Source: a bacterium (lineage in GTDB: Bacteria > Patescibacteriota > JABMPQ01 > JAUVWW01). Taken from it: a stretch of 64,000 nucleotides of DNA. Location of the stretch: NCBI GenBank assembly GCA_030603885.1, contig JAUVWW010000001.1, forward strand, positions 2,680 through 66,679, in the 5' to 3' direction. The first letter of the stretch is position 1. Every line of letters begins with the position of its first letter. The position numbers and the translations under genes were made by a program. Shown here one piece after another: positions 19,582-29,605 of the stretch. The notes beneath the pieces were generated by a model, which was not told the DNA's origin, made no database searches, and saw only the letters and a list, made by a program, of their open reading frames with translations.

Positions 19582-20383
19582 ACTTATGAATAAACTAGAT
19601 AGGCCAATTACATTACCGATAGAGGATATTATCGAAGAAGCTCAAGATATCAAAAGTTTTGTCTTTAGACATAAATTTAATGCCAAACCAGGACAGTTTA
19701 TTTTACTTTGGATCCCTAATGTAAATGAAAAACCTTTTGGGGTTTCCTATCAAGACAAAGAAAAATTTATGATTACAGTTTGTAAGGTAGGAAAAGCAAC
19801 TGAAGTTTTACATAAAATGAAAAAAGGAGATTTAGTGGGAATTAGAGGACCATATGGAACTAATTTTGAACTCGAGGGTAAAAATATTGTTTTAGTAGGT
19901 GGGGGTTATGGTACAGCCCCGCTTTTCTTTTTAGCCAATCAAACCAAGAAAAGAAATGTAAATGTTGATTTCATTATTGGGGCTAAATCAGAAAAGTTTC
20001 TTATATTCAGAGACAAAATCAGAAAACTCAAAATTAAATTACATATTACCACAGACGATGGTACCTGCGGTGAAAAGTGTTTTACAACAGATGTACTAGA
20101 AAAATTACTCAATCAAAAGAAAATAGACATAGTTTATGGTTGTGGACCAGAATTGATGCTCAAAAAATTAGTGGATATTTGTAAAGTAAAAAATATCCCA
20201 TCTCAGATTAGCCTAGAGCGTTACATCAAATGTGGAATGGGTATTTGTGGTCAATGTTGCGTTGATCCTTTAGGCCTTCGAATGTGTAAAGAAGGACCAG
20301 TAATTTCAGGAAAAGTTGCTTGTAAGATTTTTGAATTTGGAAAATATAAAAGAGATGCCTCTGGTAAGAAGATAAATATATGA
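19574..20383 (+). CDS. pyrK: Dihydroorotate dehydrogenase electron-transfer subunit
   Basis: RGPYG, GGGYG, CGP, CGMGICGQC 2Fe-2S motif; ATG 19574 preferred over TTG 19562. Confidence 0.93.
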   Translation: MDKLMNKLDRPITLPIEDIIEEAQDIKSFVFRHKFNAKPGQFILLWIPNVNEKPFGVSYQDKEKFMITVCKVGKATEVLHKMKKGDLVGIRGPYGTNFELEGKNIVLVGGGYGTAPLFFLANQTKKRNVNVDFIIGAKSEKFLIFRDKIRKLKIKLHITTDDGTCGEKCFTTDVLEKLLNQKKIDIVYGCGPELMLKKLVDICKVKNIPSQISLERYIKCGMGICGQCCVDPLGLRMCKEGPVISGKVACKIFEFGKYKRDASGKKINI

Positions 20384-21684
20384 GTTTGATTTTAAAAAAC
20401 TGTAAAATCTTAGATCAAAAAGATCTGGTTGATATTTTTGTAGAGGATGGAAAGATAAAGAAAATAGGCGAATATGTTAAGGCTGATCAAGAAATAGATG
20501 TTCAAGGCAAATGGGTTATTCCAGGAATGATTGATTGCCATGTTCATTTTCGAGAACCAGGTATGGAATATAAAGAAGATTGGCTAACTGGATCTAAAGC
20601 ATCGGTCCATGGTGGCATTACTACAGTTTTAGACATGCCTAATGTCAAACCACCAACCATAACTTTAAAAAACTTGGAAGGAAAAAGAAATCTGGCTAAA
20701 AAATCTTTAGTAAATTATGGATTCCATTTTGGAGCTACAAATGATAATTTAGAAGAAATAAGGAGAGCCAAGAATAAGATAGCTTCTATAAAAGTTTTTA
20801 TGGGAGCCTCAACGGGAAATCTTTTAGTTACTGATGAGGAAAAACTGCGCCAAATTTTCCAAATAGCCAAAGAAATTAACAAACCAGTTTGTGTTCATGC
20901 AGAAGATGAAGAATGCATTCAGGAAAATATAGAAAAATATAAGGACAAAAAGGATCCTTTTATTCATAGCAAGATTAGACCTAGAGAATGTGCTATAAAA
21001 GCTGTCAAAAAAGCCTTAGATTTAACTAGAAAAATCAAAAATAGACTTTATATTTTACACGTATCCACCAAAGAGGAAATGGAGTTGATCAAAGAAGCAA
21101 AAGATGAAGGATTGGAGGTTTATTGTGAAACAACTCCCCATCATTTGTTTTTAGATGAGGAAGAATTAAAAAAACAAGGTAATTTTGTCAAAATGAATCC
21201 ACCTCTGCGTACCAAAGAAGATATTCACACCTTGTGGCAGGCAATAAAAGATGGTATTGTAGATACAATAGGCACTGATCATGCCCCTCACTTAAAAGAA
21301 GAAAAAGAAACGGATTATTGGAATGCTCCAGCTGGTGTGTCTGAAGAAGAAACAGTTCTTCCTCTATTTTTAGATAAGATCAATAAAAATGAAATAGACC
21401 TTAAGAGGTTAGTTGAGTTGACTTCAGAAAATCCAGCTCGAATATTTAAAATTAGAAATAAAGGGTTCATAAAAGAAGGATTTGATGCTGATTTAACGGT
21501 TTTGGATCTTGATTTAGAAAAAGAGGTTAAAAATAAAGATTTATACACTAAATGTGGCTGGAGTCCGTTTGATGGATGGAGATTATGCGGCTGGCCTTGC
21601 ATGACCATTATTGGTGGAAATATTGTTTGGGATGGAAAAAAGATTTCAGAAAACATTAAAGGAAAGGAAGCTATTTATGGATAA
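20380..21684 (+). CDS. pyrC: Dihydroorotase
   Basis: DCHVHFREPG, DMPN, NPPLR, TDHAPH. Confidence 0.93.
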   Translation: MSLILKNCKILDQKDLVDIFVEDGKIKKIGEYVKADQEIDVQGKWVIPGMIDCHVHFREPGMEYKEDWLTGSKASVHGGITTVLDMPNVKPPTITLKNLEGKRNLAKKSLVNYGFHFGATNDNLEEIRRAKNKIASIKVFMGASTGNLLVTDEEKLRQIFQIAKEINKPVCVHAEDEECIQENIEKYKDKKDPFIHSKIRPRECAIKAVKKALDLTRKIKNRLYILHVSTKEEMELIKEAKDEGLEVYCETTPHHLFLDEEELKKQGNFVKMNPPLRTKEDIHTLWQAIKDGIVDTIGTDHAPHLKEEKETDYWNAPAGVSEEETVLPLFLDKINKNEIDLKRLVELTSENPARIFKIRNKGFIKEGFDADLTVLDLDLEKEVKNKDLYTKCGWSPFDGWRLCGWPCMTIIGGNIVWDGKKISENIKGKEAIYG

Positions 21685-22276
21685 AAAACAACTTATTTTA
21701 GATCTTCATCGTATTGGTGCAGTTAAGTTTGGCCAATTTATTTTAAAATCAGGTATGTCTTCTCCTATTTATATTGATCTAAGGGTAACTGTTTCCTACC
21801 CAGAGGTTTTAGAAAAAATTGCTTTAACCATGATGGAAAAGATGAAAGATCTAAAATGTGACATTATTGCTGGCATTCCCTATACTGCTTTGCCTATTGC
21901 TACTGTTATTTCCATAAAAACAAAAACTCCTATGATTTATGCTAGAAAAGAAACAAAAGAATATGGAACAAAAAAGCAAATCGAGGGAGTCTTTAAAAAA
22001 GGAGATAAATGTTTAATTGTTGATGATTTAATAACCACTGGTGAAAGCAAGTTCGAGACAGCCAAACCTTTTCAAAAAATAGGTCTTATAATCAAAGATT
22101 TTATTGTTTTAGTTGACAGAGAGCAGGGTGGAAAAGAACAATTACAAACTAAAGGATATAACTTATACAGTATTATCACTATCTCAGAACTTTTAGATGT
22201 CCTAAAAAAAGAAGGGAAAATTACTCAAGAGCAGTTTTTAAAGACTAAAAAGTTTATTGAGGAGAATAAAATATGA
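21677..22276 (+). CDS. pyrE: Orotate phosphoribosyltransferase
   Basis: LKSG..SPIYIDLR, RKE.K.YG, VDDLITTG PRPP motif; ATG 21677 overlaps the pyrC stop. Confidence 0.95.
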   Translation: MDKKQLILDLHRIGAVKFGQFILKSGMSSPIYIDLRVTVSYPEVLEKIALTMMEKMKDLKCDIIAGIPYTALPIATVISIKTKTPMIYARKETKEYGTKKQIEGVFKKGDKCLIVDDLITTGESKFETAKPFQKIGLIIKDFIVLVDREQGGKEQLQTKGYNLYSIITISELLDVLKKEGKITQEQFLKTKKFIEENKI

Positions 22277-23100
22277 CTATTTTTGAGCAAAGAAAACAAT
22301 CTTATAAAAAACGAGCAGATCTTGCCCAAAATCTAGCTGCCCAGAAATTATTCCAATTGATGGAAGAAAAAGAAACTAATTTAACTTCAGCCGATGATCT
22401 AACAGATCCTGAACAATTTTTAGAGATAGCTGATAAAGTTGGTCCGGAAATTTGTGTTTTAAAGACCCATATTGATATTTTAGAAAATTTTACTCCAAGA
22501 ATCATCGACGAATTAGTCAGACTTTCAGAAAAACATAATTTTTTAATCTTTGAAGACAGGAAATTTGCTGACATTGGCAATACTGTCAAAATGCAGTATG
22601 AAAAAGGAGTTTATAGAATAGTTGAATGGGCTCATCTAACCAATGCTCATGCCGTTCCTGGCCCAGGAGTTATTGAAGGATTGTTTGAGGTAGCTAAAGA
22701 AAAAATAGACAAAGGCATCCCCCGTGGATGTCTTTTATTGGCTCAAATGTCCTCAAGTGGAACTTTAGCTACTGAAGATTATACTAAAAAAACGGTGGAA
22801 ATGGCTAAAGAATATACCAATTTTGTCTGTGGTTTTATTGGGGTGGGAAGCAATCCTCAAGAATTAAAAAAATTAGCAGGAATTTCAGGACCCGAGTTTA
22901 TTTTAATGACCCCAGGAGTGAAACTTGAGGCGGGTGGAGATAGCCTAAAACAAACTTATGCCACTCCCAAAGATGCCATGGAAGCAGGATCAGATAGTAT
23001 TATTGTTGGACGTGGAATTTACCAAGCAGATGATCCTCAAAAGGCTGCTCAGGAATATAGAAAATTGGCTTGGGAGGCCTATTTAGAAAGAATAAAATAA
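22273..23100 (+). CDS. pyrF: Orotidine-5'-phosphate decarboxylase (URA3/UMPS-like)
   Basis: LKTHID, FEDRKFADIGNTV, MTPGV, IIVGRGI. Confidence 0.95.
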   Translation: MTIFEQRKQSYKKRADLAQNLAAQKLFQLMEEKETNLTSADDLTDPEQFLEIADKVGPEICVLKTHIDILENFTPRIIDELVRLSEKHNFLIFEDRKFADIGNTVKMQYEKGVYRIVEWAHLTNAHAVPGPGVIEGLFEVAKEKIDKGIPRGCLLLAQMSSSGTLATEDYTKKTVEMAKEYTNFVCGFIGVGSNPQELKKLAGISGPEFILMTPGVKLEAGGDSLKQTYATPKDAMEAGSDSIIVGRGIYQADDPQKAAQEYRKLAWEAYLERIK

Positions 23101-23106
23101 AAATCT

Positions 23107-24030
23107 ATGCAAAAAGATTTAATTTCTATTTATGATTTAACAAAAGAAGATATTGAAAAGATCTTTGATTTAACCAAAGAAATTAAAGAGAGGCTTAAGA
23201 AAGGTGAAGAAGATCATCCTTTAAAAGGAAAAACCTTAGGAATGATTTTTGCTAAACCTTCAACAAGAACAAGAATTTCATTTGAGGTGGGTATCTTTCA
23301 GCTTGGAGGAATTGGACTTTATTTTTCAGCCCAAGATTTACAGCTTAAAAGAGGGGAAACCATTGCTGATACGGCCAAGGTTTTATCAAGATATCTAGAT
23401 GGAATAATGATTAGAACTTTTGATCACAATGATGTAGTTGAACTTGGAAAATATGCTTCTATTCCAGTAATTAACGGTTTAACTGATCTTTTACATCCTT
23501 GCCAAATTCTGACAGATATGTATACTATTTATGAAAAGAAGGGGAAATACCAAGGTTTGAAAGTAGTTTATCTAGGTGATGGTAACAATGTTTGCAATTC
23601 TTGGTTATATGGAGCAGCCAAGACAGGAATAAATTTTGTTGTTGCTTGTCCAAAAGGATATGAGCCAGACAAAAAAGTACAAAAGCAAGCAAAAAAAGAT
23701 GCAGAGGCTTCCGGTGGAAATATAACTATTCTGGAAGATCCAAATGAGGCAGTAAAAGAGGCCGATGTTATTTACACAGATGTTTGGGCCTCCATGGGAC
23801 AAGAAGAAGAGCACGAAAAGAGAGTAAAATTATTTCAACCCTATCAGATAAATCAAGAATTAGTTAGCCAAGCTAAGCCCGATGTATTAGTTATGCATTG
23901 TCTTCCAGCCCACCGAGGAGAAGAAATTACTGATGAAGTTATTGATGGCCCACATTCTATTGTTTTTGACGAGGCAGAAAATAGACTTCACCTACAAAAG
24001 GCAATTATGGTATTATTAATGGGGAAATAA
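23107..24030 (+). CDS. argF: Ornithine carbamoyltransferase
   Basis: STRT, HPCQ, DVWASMG, MHCLP. Confidence 0.95.
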   Translation: MQKDLISIYDLTKEDIEKIFDLTKEIKERLKKGEEDHPLKGKTLGMIFAKPSTRTRISFEVGIFQLGGIGLYFSAQDLQLKRGETIADTAKVLSRYLDGIMIRTFDHNDVVELGKYASIPVINGLTDLLHPCQILTDMYTIYEKKGKYQGLKVVYLGDGNNVCNSWLYGAAKTGINFVVACPKGYEPDKKVQKQAKKDAEASGGNITILEDPNEAVKEADVIYTDVWASMGQEEEHEKRVKLFQPYQINQELVSQAKPDVLVMHCLPAHRGEEITDEVIDGPHSIVFDEAENRLHLQKAIMVLLMGK

Positions 24031-24032
24031 AT

Positions 24033-24944
24033 ATGAAATTTCAAGGCATCATCTCTATAAATGATTTAAGTAAGAAGGAGATTCTTTATATTCTAGATGT
24101 GGCTAAAAAGATCGAGACTGGCAAAACAAAACCTGATTTATCTGGAAAAGTTTTGTCTACTTTGTTTTTTGAGCCATCAACTAGAACTAGATTTTCCTTT
24201 GAATCAGCCATGAATCGATTAGGAGGAAGAGTTATTTCTATGGCTGAACCAAAAGCATCATCTCTAGCTAAAGGGGAATCTCTTCATGATACCGTAAAAG
24301 TAATTGAGAGATACGCTGATATTATTGTTATTCGTCATCCCCAAGAAGGTTCAGCTAGGTGGGCAGCCGATTCGACAAAAAAACCAGTGATCAATGCTGG
24401 AGATGGTGCCAACCAACATCCAACTCAGACTCTTTTAGATCTTTATACTATCAAGAAGGCTCAAGGTAAACTGAATAATCTTAAAGTGGCTATGATTGGC
24501 GACTTAAAATATGGTCGTACTGTCCATTCTCTAACTTCTGCTCTTTCTTTGTTTAATTGTCAATTATTTTTTGTCTCACCAGAATCATTAAAGATGCCCG
24601 AACATATTTTAGAAGATCTGAAAAAAAAGAAGATAAAATATTCTGAACACGAGGATCCAAGTAAAATTATAAATAAACTTGATATTTTATATGCCACTAG
24701 AATTCAAAAAGAAAGATTTCCTGATGAAGCAGAGTATGAAAAAGTAAAACATGCCTATGTGATTGATGTTTCTCTTCTAAAAAATGTTAAAAAGAATTTT
24801 AGGATAATGCATCCTTTGCCTCGAGTCAGTGAAATTAGTACCAATGTAGATGGAACTCCCTATGCCTTCTATTTTGAACAAGCAGGCTTTGGAATCCCCG
24901 TCAGACAAGCTTTATTAAGTTTGTTGTTAGGAAAAGTTAAATAA
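24033..24944 (+). CDS. pyrB: Aspartate carbamoyltransferase catalytic subunit
   Basis: FEPSTRT, HPTQ, RIQKERF, MHPLP. Confidence 0.96.
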   Translation: MKFQGIISINDLSKKEILYILDVAKKIETGKTKPDLSGKVLSTLFFEPSTRTRFSFESAMNRLGGRVISMAEPKASSLAKGESLHDTVKVIERYADIIVIRHPQEGSARWAADSTKKPVINAGDGANQHPTQTLLDLYTIKKAQGKLNNLKVAMIGDLKYGRTVHSLTSALSLFNCQLFFVSPESLKMPEHILEDLKKKKIKYSEHEDPSKIINKLDILYATRIQKERFPDEAEYEKVKHAYVIDVSLLKNVKKNFRIMHPLPRVSEISTNVDGTPYAFYFEQAGFGIPVRQALLSLLLGKVK

Positions 24945-24955
24945 TTACTAACTAT

Positions 24956-25405
24956 ATGAGAGCTTATAAAGTTTATGCTATTAAAAATGGAACAGTAATT
25001 GATCACATTCCCCAGGGTAGGGCTTTTAAAGTGATAGATGTTTTGGATTTAGAAGAAGAAAAAGGGATTGTTACTTGTGGGATGAATTTTGAAAGTAAAA
25101 GGCTAGGTAAAAAAGATGTTGTTAAAATAGAAAATAAAGAACTGGAACCAAAAGAGGTTAATGCTATCACTATTGTTGCTCCTACAGCTACTTTAAACAT
25201 TATTCGGAATTTTAAGGTAGCTAAGAAAATAAAGGTGAAAGTACCAAAGGTTATTGAGGAGATTGTTGAGTGCAATAATCCAAATTGTATTACTAGAAAC
25301 GAAAAGGTGCCTACTAAATTTTATCCTATATCTGGCCATCCTCTAGAAATAAAGTGTCATTATTGTGAAAGAACCATTTCCTATGAAGAAATAACATTAC
25401 TTTAA
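24956..25405 (+). CDS. pyrI: Aspartate carbamoyltransferase regulatory subunit
   Basis: IKNGTVIDHI, zinc site CNNPNC...CHYC. Confidence 0.95.
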   Translation: MRAYKVYAIKNGTVIDHIPQGRAFKVIDVLDLEEEKGIVTCGMNFESKRLGKKDVVKIENKELEPKEVNAITIVAPTATLNIIRNFKVAKKIKVKVPKVIEEIVECNNPNCITRNEKVPTKFYPISGHPLEIKCHYCERTISYEEITLL

Positions 25406-26334
25406 TGCTCATTAAATTACTATTAATTCCGATATTGATTTTTTTCCAAGCTTCTTTTTTTAACAATGCCAATTTAGATTCCTCATTAGGCAAAGAACAG
25501 GTTTTGGGAAACTCAGAAGTTGATTTTGAGACTTTAAGTACAGATGAATCATCTTCTCCTAAAAAAACTACAGATAGTCTAGGTATAAAAACAACTGCCG
25601 AATCAGTTATAATTTTAGACAGGACATCAAAAAGCATACTCTTTGAAAAGAATGCTCAAGAGAGAAGACCAATAGCTAGTCTAACTAAAATTATGACAGG
25701 GCTAGTTGTTTTAGAAAGTGGAGTAAATTTAGATGATCTAGTAAATGTAAGTTTGAAAGCAGCTCAGGTTGAGCCCAAGGAAATAAAGTTGCAGACAGGA
25801 GAACAAATAAAAGCAAGAGATTTACTTTATGCTAGCTTGATAGTCTCTGCCAATGATGCAGCTTTGGCATTAGCAGAACATGTGGGTTCAGGTATAGATA
25901 AATTTATAGAGGAGATGAATAAAAAAGCAGAAGATTTAAAGTTACAAAATACTCATTTTGCCAATCCTACAGGCCTAGATGAAGAGGGGAATTATTCTAC
26001 AGCTTTTGATTTAGCTAGGCTTTTTGATTATGCTCTAAAAAATGAAACTTTTCGTGATATTATCTTGGCCAAAGAGTATACAGCGATATCAACCAATACT
26101 CAAGATACCCACTTTTTTAGAAACACTAATGATCTCCTGGATAGTTTTCTTAATATCAAAGGAGGAAAAACTGGATTTACTGATGAGGCAGGCTGGTGTC
26201 TGGTAGAAATAGCAGAGAATGGTCAGGGGAATCAAGTCATTGCTGTGATCTTAGGATCAGAATCAGGCGAGATGAGATTTCAAGAAACAAAAGCCCTTCT
26301 TGATTGGACATTTAGGAATTATGAGTGGAAGTAA
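25405..26334 (+). CDS. D-alanyl-D-alanine carboxypeptidase (peptidase S11)
   Basis: Signal peptide, SLTK, SAN and KTG motifs. Confidence 0.92.
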   Translation: MLIKLLLIPILIFFQASFFNNANLDSSLGKEQVLGNSEVDFETLSTDESSSPKKTTDSLGIKTTAESVIILDRTSKSILFEKNAQERRPIASLTKIMTGLVVLESGVNLDDLVNVSLKAAQVEPKEIKLQTGEQIKARDLLYASLIVSANDAALALAEHVGSGIDKFIEEMNKKAEDLKLQNTHFANPTGLDEEGNYSTAFDLARLFDYALKNETFRDIILAKEYTAISTNTQDTHFFRNTNDLLDSFLNIKGGKTGFTDEAGWCLVEIAENGQGNQVIAVILGSESGEMRFQETKALLDWTFRNYEWK

Positions 26335-26354
26335 CCTGGTGATTTAGTAATCTT

Positions 26355-27419
26355 ATGAATCAATTTCAAGATCCAATCTTATTATTGAATATAGTCAAAG
26401 TCTTAATTTTGACAGCTTGTGCATTTATTATCACTTTTGTTTGGACTCCTCTTTTGACCCACTTTCTGTATAAATACAAATTATCCAAAAAAATTAGAAA
26501 TACAGGTCTGACCCCTATCTATACCAAGATGCATAAGGAGAAGGAGGGTACTCCTACTATGGGAGGACTTTTGATCTGGGTAACTACTTTAGCCTTGGCT
26601 TACATTTTTTTTGGCTTATCTAAAATTATAGCTATTCCCTTTTTAGAAAAATTAAACTTTCTCTCTCGAGGACAAACCTGGCTTCCTTTGGGAGCCTTGG
26701 TGGCCTGTGGCCTGGTAGGACTTCTAGATGATATTTTGAATGTAAGAGGCCTAGGATCTAAGGCTGGGGGAATAAGAGTAAGACACAAGCTTTTAATCTA
26801 TACTGCCATTGCTGCTTTTGGTGCTTGGTGGTTTTTTTATAAACTAGAGTGGGATGTAATCCATGTTCCCGCCGTTGGGGATTTTAATATTGGCTGGTGG
26901 TATATCCCACTTTTTATGTTTATCATGGTGGCTACTTCTTTTTCTGTTAATGAAGCAGATGGCCTGGATGGTTTAGCTGGGGGAATTCTGATGTTCTGTT
27001 TTGGAGCCTATGCTGTGATTGCCTTTTTTCAAGGAAAAATCGAACTAGCAGCCTTTTGTGGCGTTATTATTGGTGCTTTATTAGCCTTTCTTTGGTTTAA
27101 TATCTATCCGGCTCGGTTTTTTATGGGAGATACAGGATCTATGGCTTTAGGAACTACCCTGGCTATTGTAGCCATGCTCACAAATTCTGTTCTGGTTTTG
27201 CCTATCATTGCCTTTCCCTTGGTTCTAGAATCAGGCTCGGTTATTATTCAATTAATTTCCAAAAAACTTTTTAAGAAGAAAGTATTTTTATCAACTCCTC
27301 TTCATCATCATTTCGAAGCCAAAGGCTGGCCCGAGCCAAAAGTAGTCATGAGATTTTGGGTCATTTCAGCCATTTGTATGGCTATCGGACTGGTTATAGG
27401 GCTGTTGGGAAGAGGGTAA
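26355..27419 (+). CDS. mraY: Phospho-N-acetylmuramoyl-pentapeptide transferase
   Basis: GTPTMGG, DGLDGL, FMGDTGS, PLHHHFE. Confidence 0.96.
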   Translation: MNQFQDPILLLNIVKVLILTACAFIITFVWTPLLTHFLYKYKLSKKIRNTGLTPIYTKMHKEKEGTPTMGGLLIWVTTLALAYIFFGLSKIIAIPFLEKLNFLSRGQTWLPLGALVACGLVGLLDDILNVRGLGSKAGGIRVRHKLLIYTAIAAFGAWWFFYKLEWDVIHVPAVGDFNIGWWYIPLFMFIMVATSFSVNEADGLDGLAGGILMFCFGAYAVIAFFQGKIELAAFCGVIIGALLAFLWFNIYPARFFMGDTGSMALGTTLAIVAMLTNSVLVLPIIAFPLVLESGSVIIQLISKKLFKKKVFLSTPLHHHFEAKGWPEPKVVMRFWVISAICMAIGLVIGLLGRG

Positions 27420-27437
27420 ACCAGCTGTAACCTATAA

Positions 27438-28175
27438 ATGCAAAATAAGGTTTCAAAAGATAAAATTGTTCTTAATACATATTTTATAAGTCGATGGTTT
27501 GATGATTTTAAAACTGGCCATTTTGATGTGAACAAAGCTTTAGATATTGCTAGGCAAGTTAAAAGGATCGATGGTGTAGAAGTCTTTGTTCCTGAAGGTC
27601 ATGATTTTAATATTTCAGAAACAAACAGAAAGTTCTTGGAAAGTTTAAATTGTAATAGTGTCCACTCTAATCATTACCAGAAGTATAAAGATAACCAACA
27701 GACGAAGAAAATTCTAGAAGCGCTTGATAGTTTCGCTAGGACTATAAAGGCTAATTATATCTTGTTTCATCCAAACGCCATCATCGATTTTGATTTTGTT
27801 TTTAGAAAGAGAAACAAAGGTTATGCTATTGAGAATCTTTATTATGAACCATTCGATACGGTTGAAAGTCTAAGAAAACTACTAAAAAGGTATGAAGGGC
27901 TTAAATTTGTTTTAGATGTAAATCATGCCAAGCAAGGATCGGAAAAAGATATAAGAAAGTTTATTGATGTACTAAAAAATTATATTATTAGTTTTCATAT
28001 AAGTTATGGAGCCAAGGAAGTAAGTCATAGCTCTTTAATGAAAGCAGATAGTGAGTTCTTAGAAGAATTGGTTAAGGTGAAACAGCTAAATTTACCCTTG
28101 ATTTTAGAAGTAGCTTATGATCCCGAAAATATCCATTCAATTCAAAAAGAAGTCAATTTTGTAAGGAGTTTATAA
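27438..28175 (+). CDS. Xylose isomerase / AP endonuclease 2-like TIM-barrel protein
   Basis: FHP, IEN, LDVNHA, FHIS, ILE metal-site pattern. Confidence 0.65.
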   Translation: MQNKVSKDKIVLNTYFISRWFDDFKTGHFDVNKALDIARQVKRIDGVEVFVPEGHDFNISETNRKFLESLNCNSVHSNHYQKYKDNQQTKKILEALDSFARTIKANYILFHPNAIIDFDFVFRKRNKGYAIENLYYEPFDTVESLRKLLKRYEGLKFVLDVNHAKQGSEKDIRKFIDVLKNYIISFHISYGAKEVSHSSLMKADSEFLEELVKVKQLNLPLILEVAYDPENIHSIQKEVNFVRSL

Positions 28176-28934
28176 ATGCAGAAGAAAGTTTGGTTTAAAA
28201 ATAAAAAAGGAGAACGTTTAGTAGGAACAGCTCATATTCCTAAAGCTAAAGAAAAATTGCCAGCCGTAATTTTAGCTCATGGTTTTGGAGGTATAAGATC
28301 GGAACAAGGTATGTTTATTGATATAGCTAGAGCCTTATCTAAAGCTGGTTTTTGTGTTTGGCGATTTGATTTTGTTGGTTGTGGAGAAAGCAGTGGTAGT
28401 TTTGTAGAAATGACTTTAAGTAAGGAAGGTAGAGAATTGAGAGATATTATTAGATTTGTTAAGAAACAACCAAATGTGGATAGAAATAGAATCGGGCTAT
28501 TAGGTATGTCATTTGGAAGTTGTTCGACTGTTGCTTTAAATCCAAAAGTTAAAGCGATTGTCTTATTAAGTTCTGTAGCAAAACCATACCAATCTTTAAA
28601 GGAATTGTTTGGTGACCAATTTAACCTTAAGGGAATATCTGTCCATGCCTCGAGGTATGGCAAAGGAAAGAAAAGAATTGGACCCAAAATTTGGAAAGAT
28701 TTAAAGAAGTATAATTTGCCTAAATTGATTAGGAGAATCAAGGCCCCAGTTCTTATTGTACACGGACAAAAAGATAGCCTTGTTGGTTTAGATAGTCCAA
28801 AATTATTTTATAAGAATGCAAATAAGCCAAAGAGATTGATAATTATTAAAAAAGCAGACCACATGTATCGTGGTCAGCCAATGAGAAGGCAAATGATTGA
28901 AGAAGTTACCGATTGGTTTAAAAAATATTTATGA
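28176..28934 (+). CDS. Alpha/beta hydrolase
   Basis: HGFGG, FDF.GCGES, GMSFG nucleophile elbow, HG..D, ADH. Confidence 0.9.
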   Translation: MQKKVWFKNKKGERLVGTAHIPKAKEKLPAVILAHGFGGIRSEQGMFIDIARALSKAGFCVWRFDFVGCGESSGSFVEMTLSKEGRELRDIIRFVKKQPNVDRNRIGLLGMSFGSCSTVALNPKVKAIVLLSSVAKPYQSLKELFGDQFNLKGISVHASRYGKGKKRIGPKIWKDLKKYNLPKLIRRIKAPVLIVHGQKDSLVGLDSPKLFYKNANKPKRLIIIKKADHMYRGQPMRRQMIEEVTDWFKKYL

Positions 28935-29584
28935 AGATAACTAAATACGGACAATCAGCCATTTTGGTTGAATTAAAAGGCAAAAAGATTCTAATTGATC
29001 CAGGTAAATATTGTTATGGGGAAGGTAGAATGAAACCAGAAGATTTTAAGAATATTGATGTTATTCTACTAACACATACACACGGAGACCATTGTATGCC
29101 TGAGGCATTGAAAGTAATCAAAGAAAGTAATAATTGTCCTATTTTAACTAACAAGGAAGTTAAAGAATTGCTGGATCAAGAGGGTATAGATTCTGAGGTT
29201 CTAGAGGTGGGACAGACAAGGCAGTTTGGTAATGTTGTTGTTAAAGCAGTTAAAGCCGTCCATGGAGAATTGCCTTCAGGGAAACCAAAACCCGAAACAA
29301 TCGGATTTTTGATTGATGATAAAGTATATCATTGTGGGGACACCATTTAGTTAGAAGAAAAACCATATGCCGATGTTGTTCTTGTTCCCATCAGTGGCTT
29401 AGTCACCATGGATCCCAAAGAGGCTACTCGATTTGTAAAAGAGATTAAGCCAAAATTGGCTATTCCAATTCATTATGATAACCCGAACCTTCCTTTTACA
29501 GATCCTGAAGATTTTGAAAAAGAAATGGAAGGGAGTGGGATCAATGTAAAGATTTTGAATTTTGGGGAGTCGATAGAGATTTAA
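28931..29584 (+). pseudogene. Metallo-beta-lactamase-fold hydrolase interrupted by one in-frame TAG (29348-29350)
   Basis: THTHGDH and HCGDT; after the TAG the same frame continues LEEKPYADVVLVPISG..TM..AIPIHY to TAA 29582-29584. Confidence 0.85.
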
Positions 29585-29605
29585 TTTTTTATTTGTGATT
29601 TTTTT

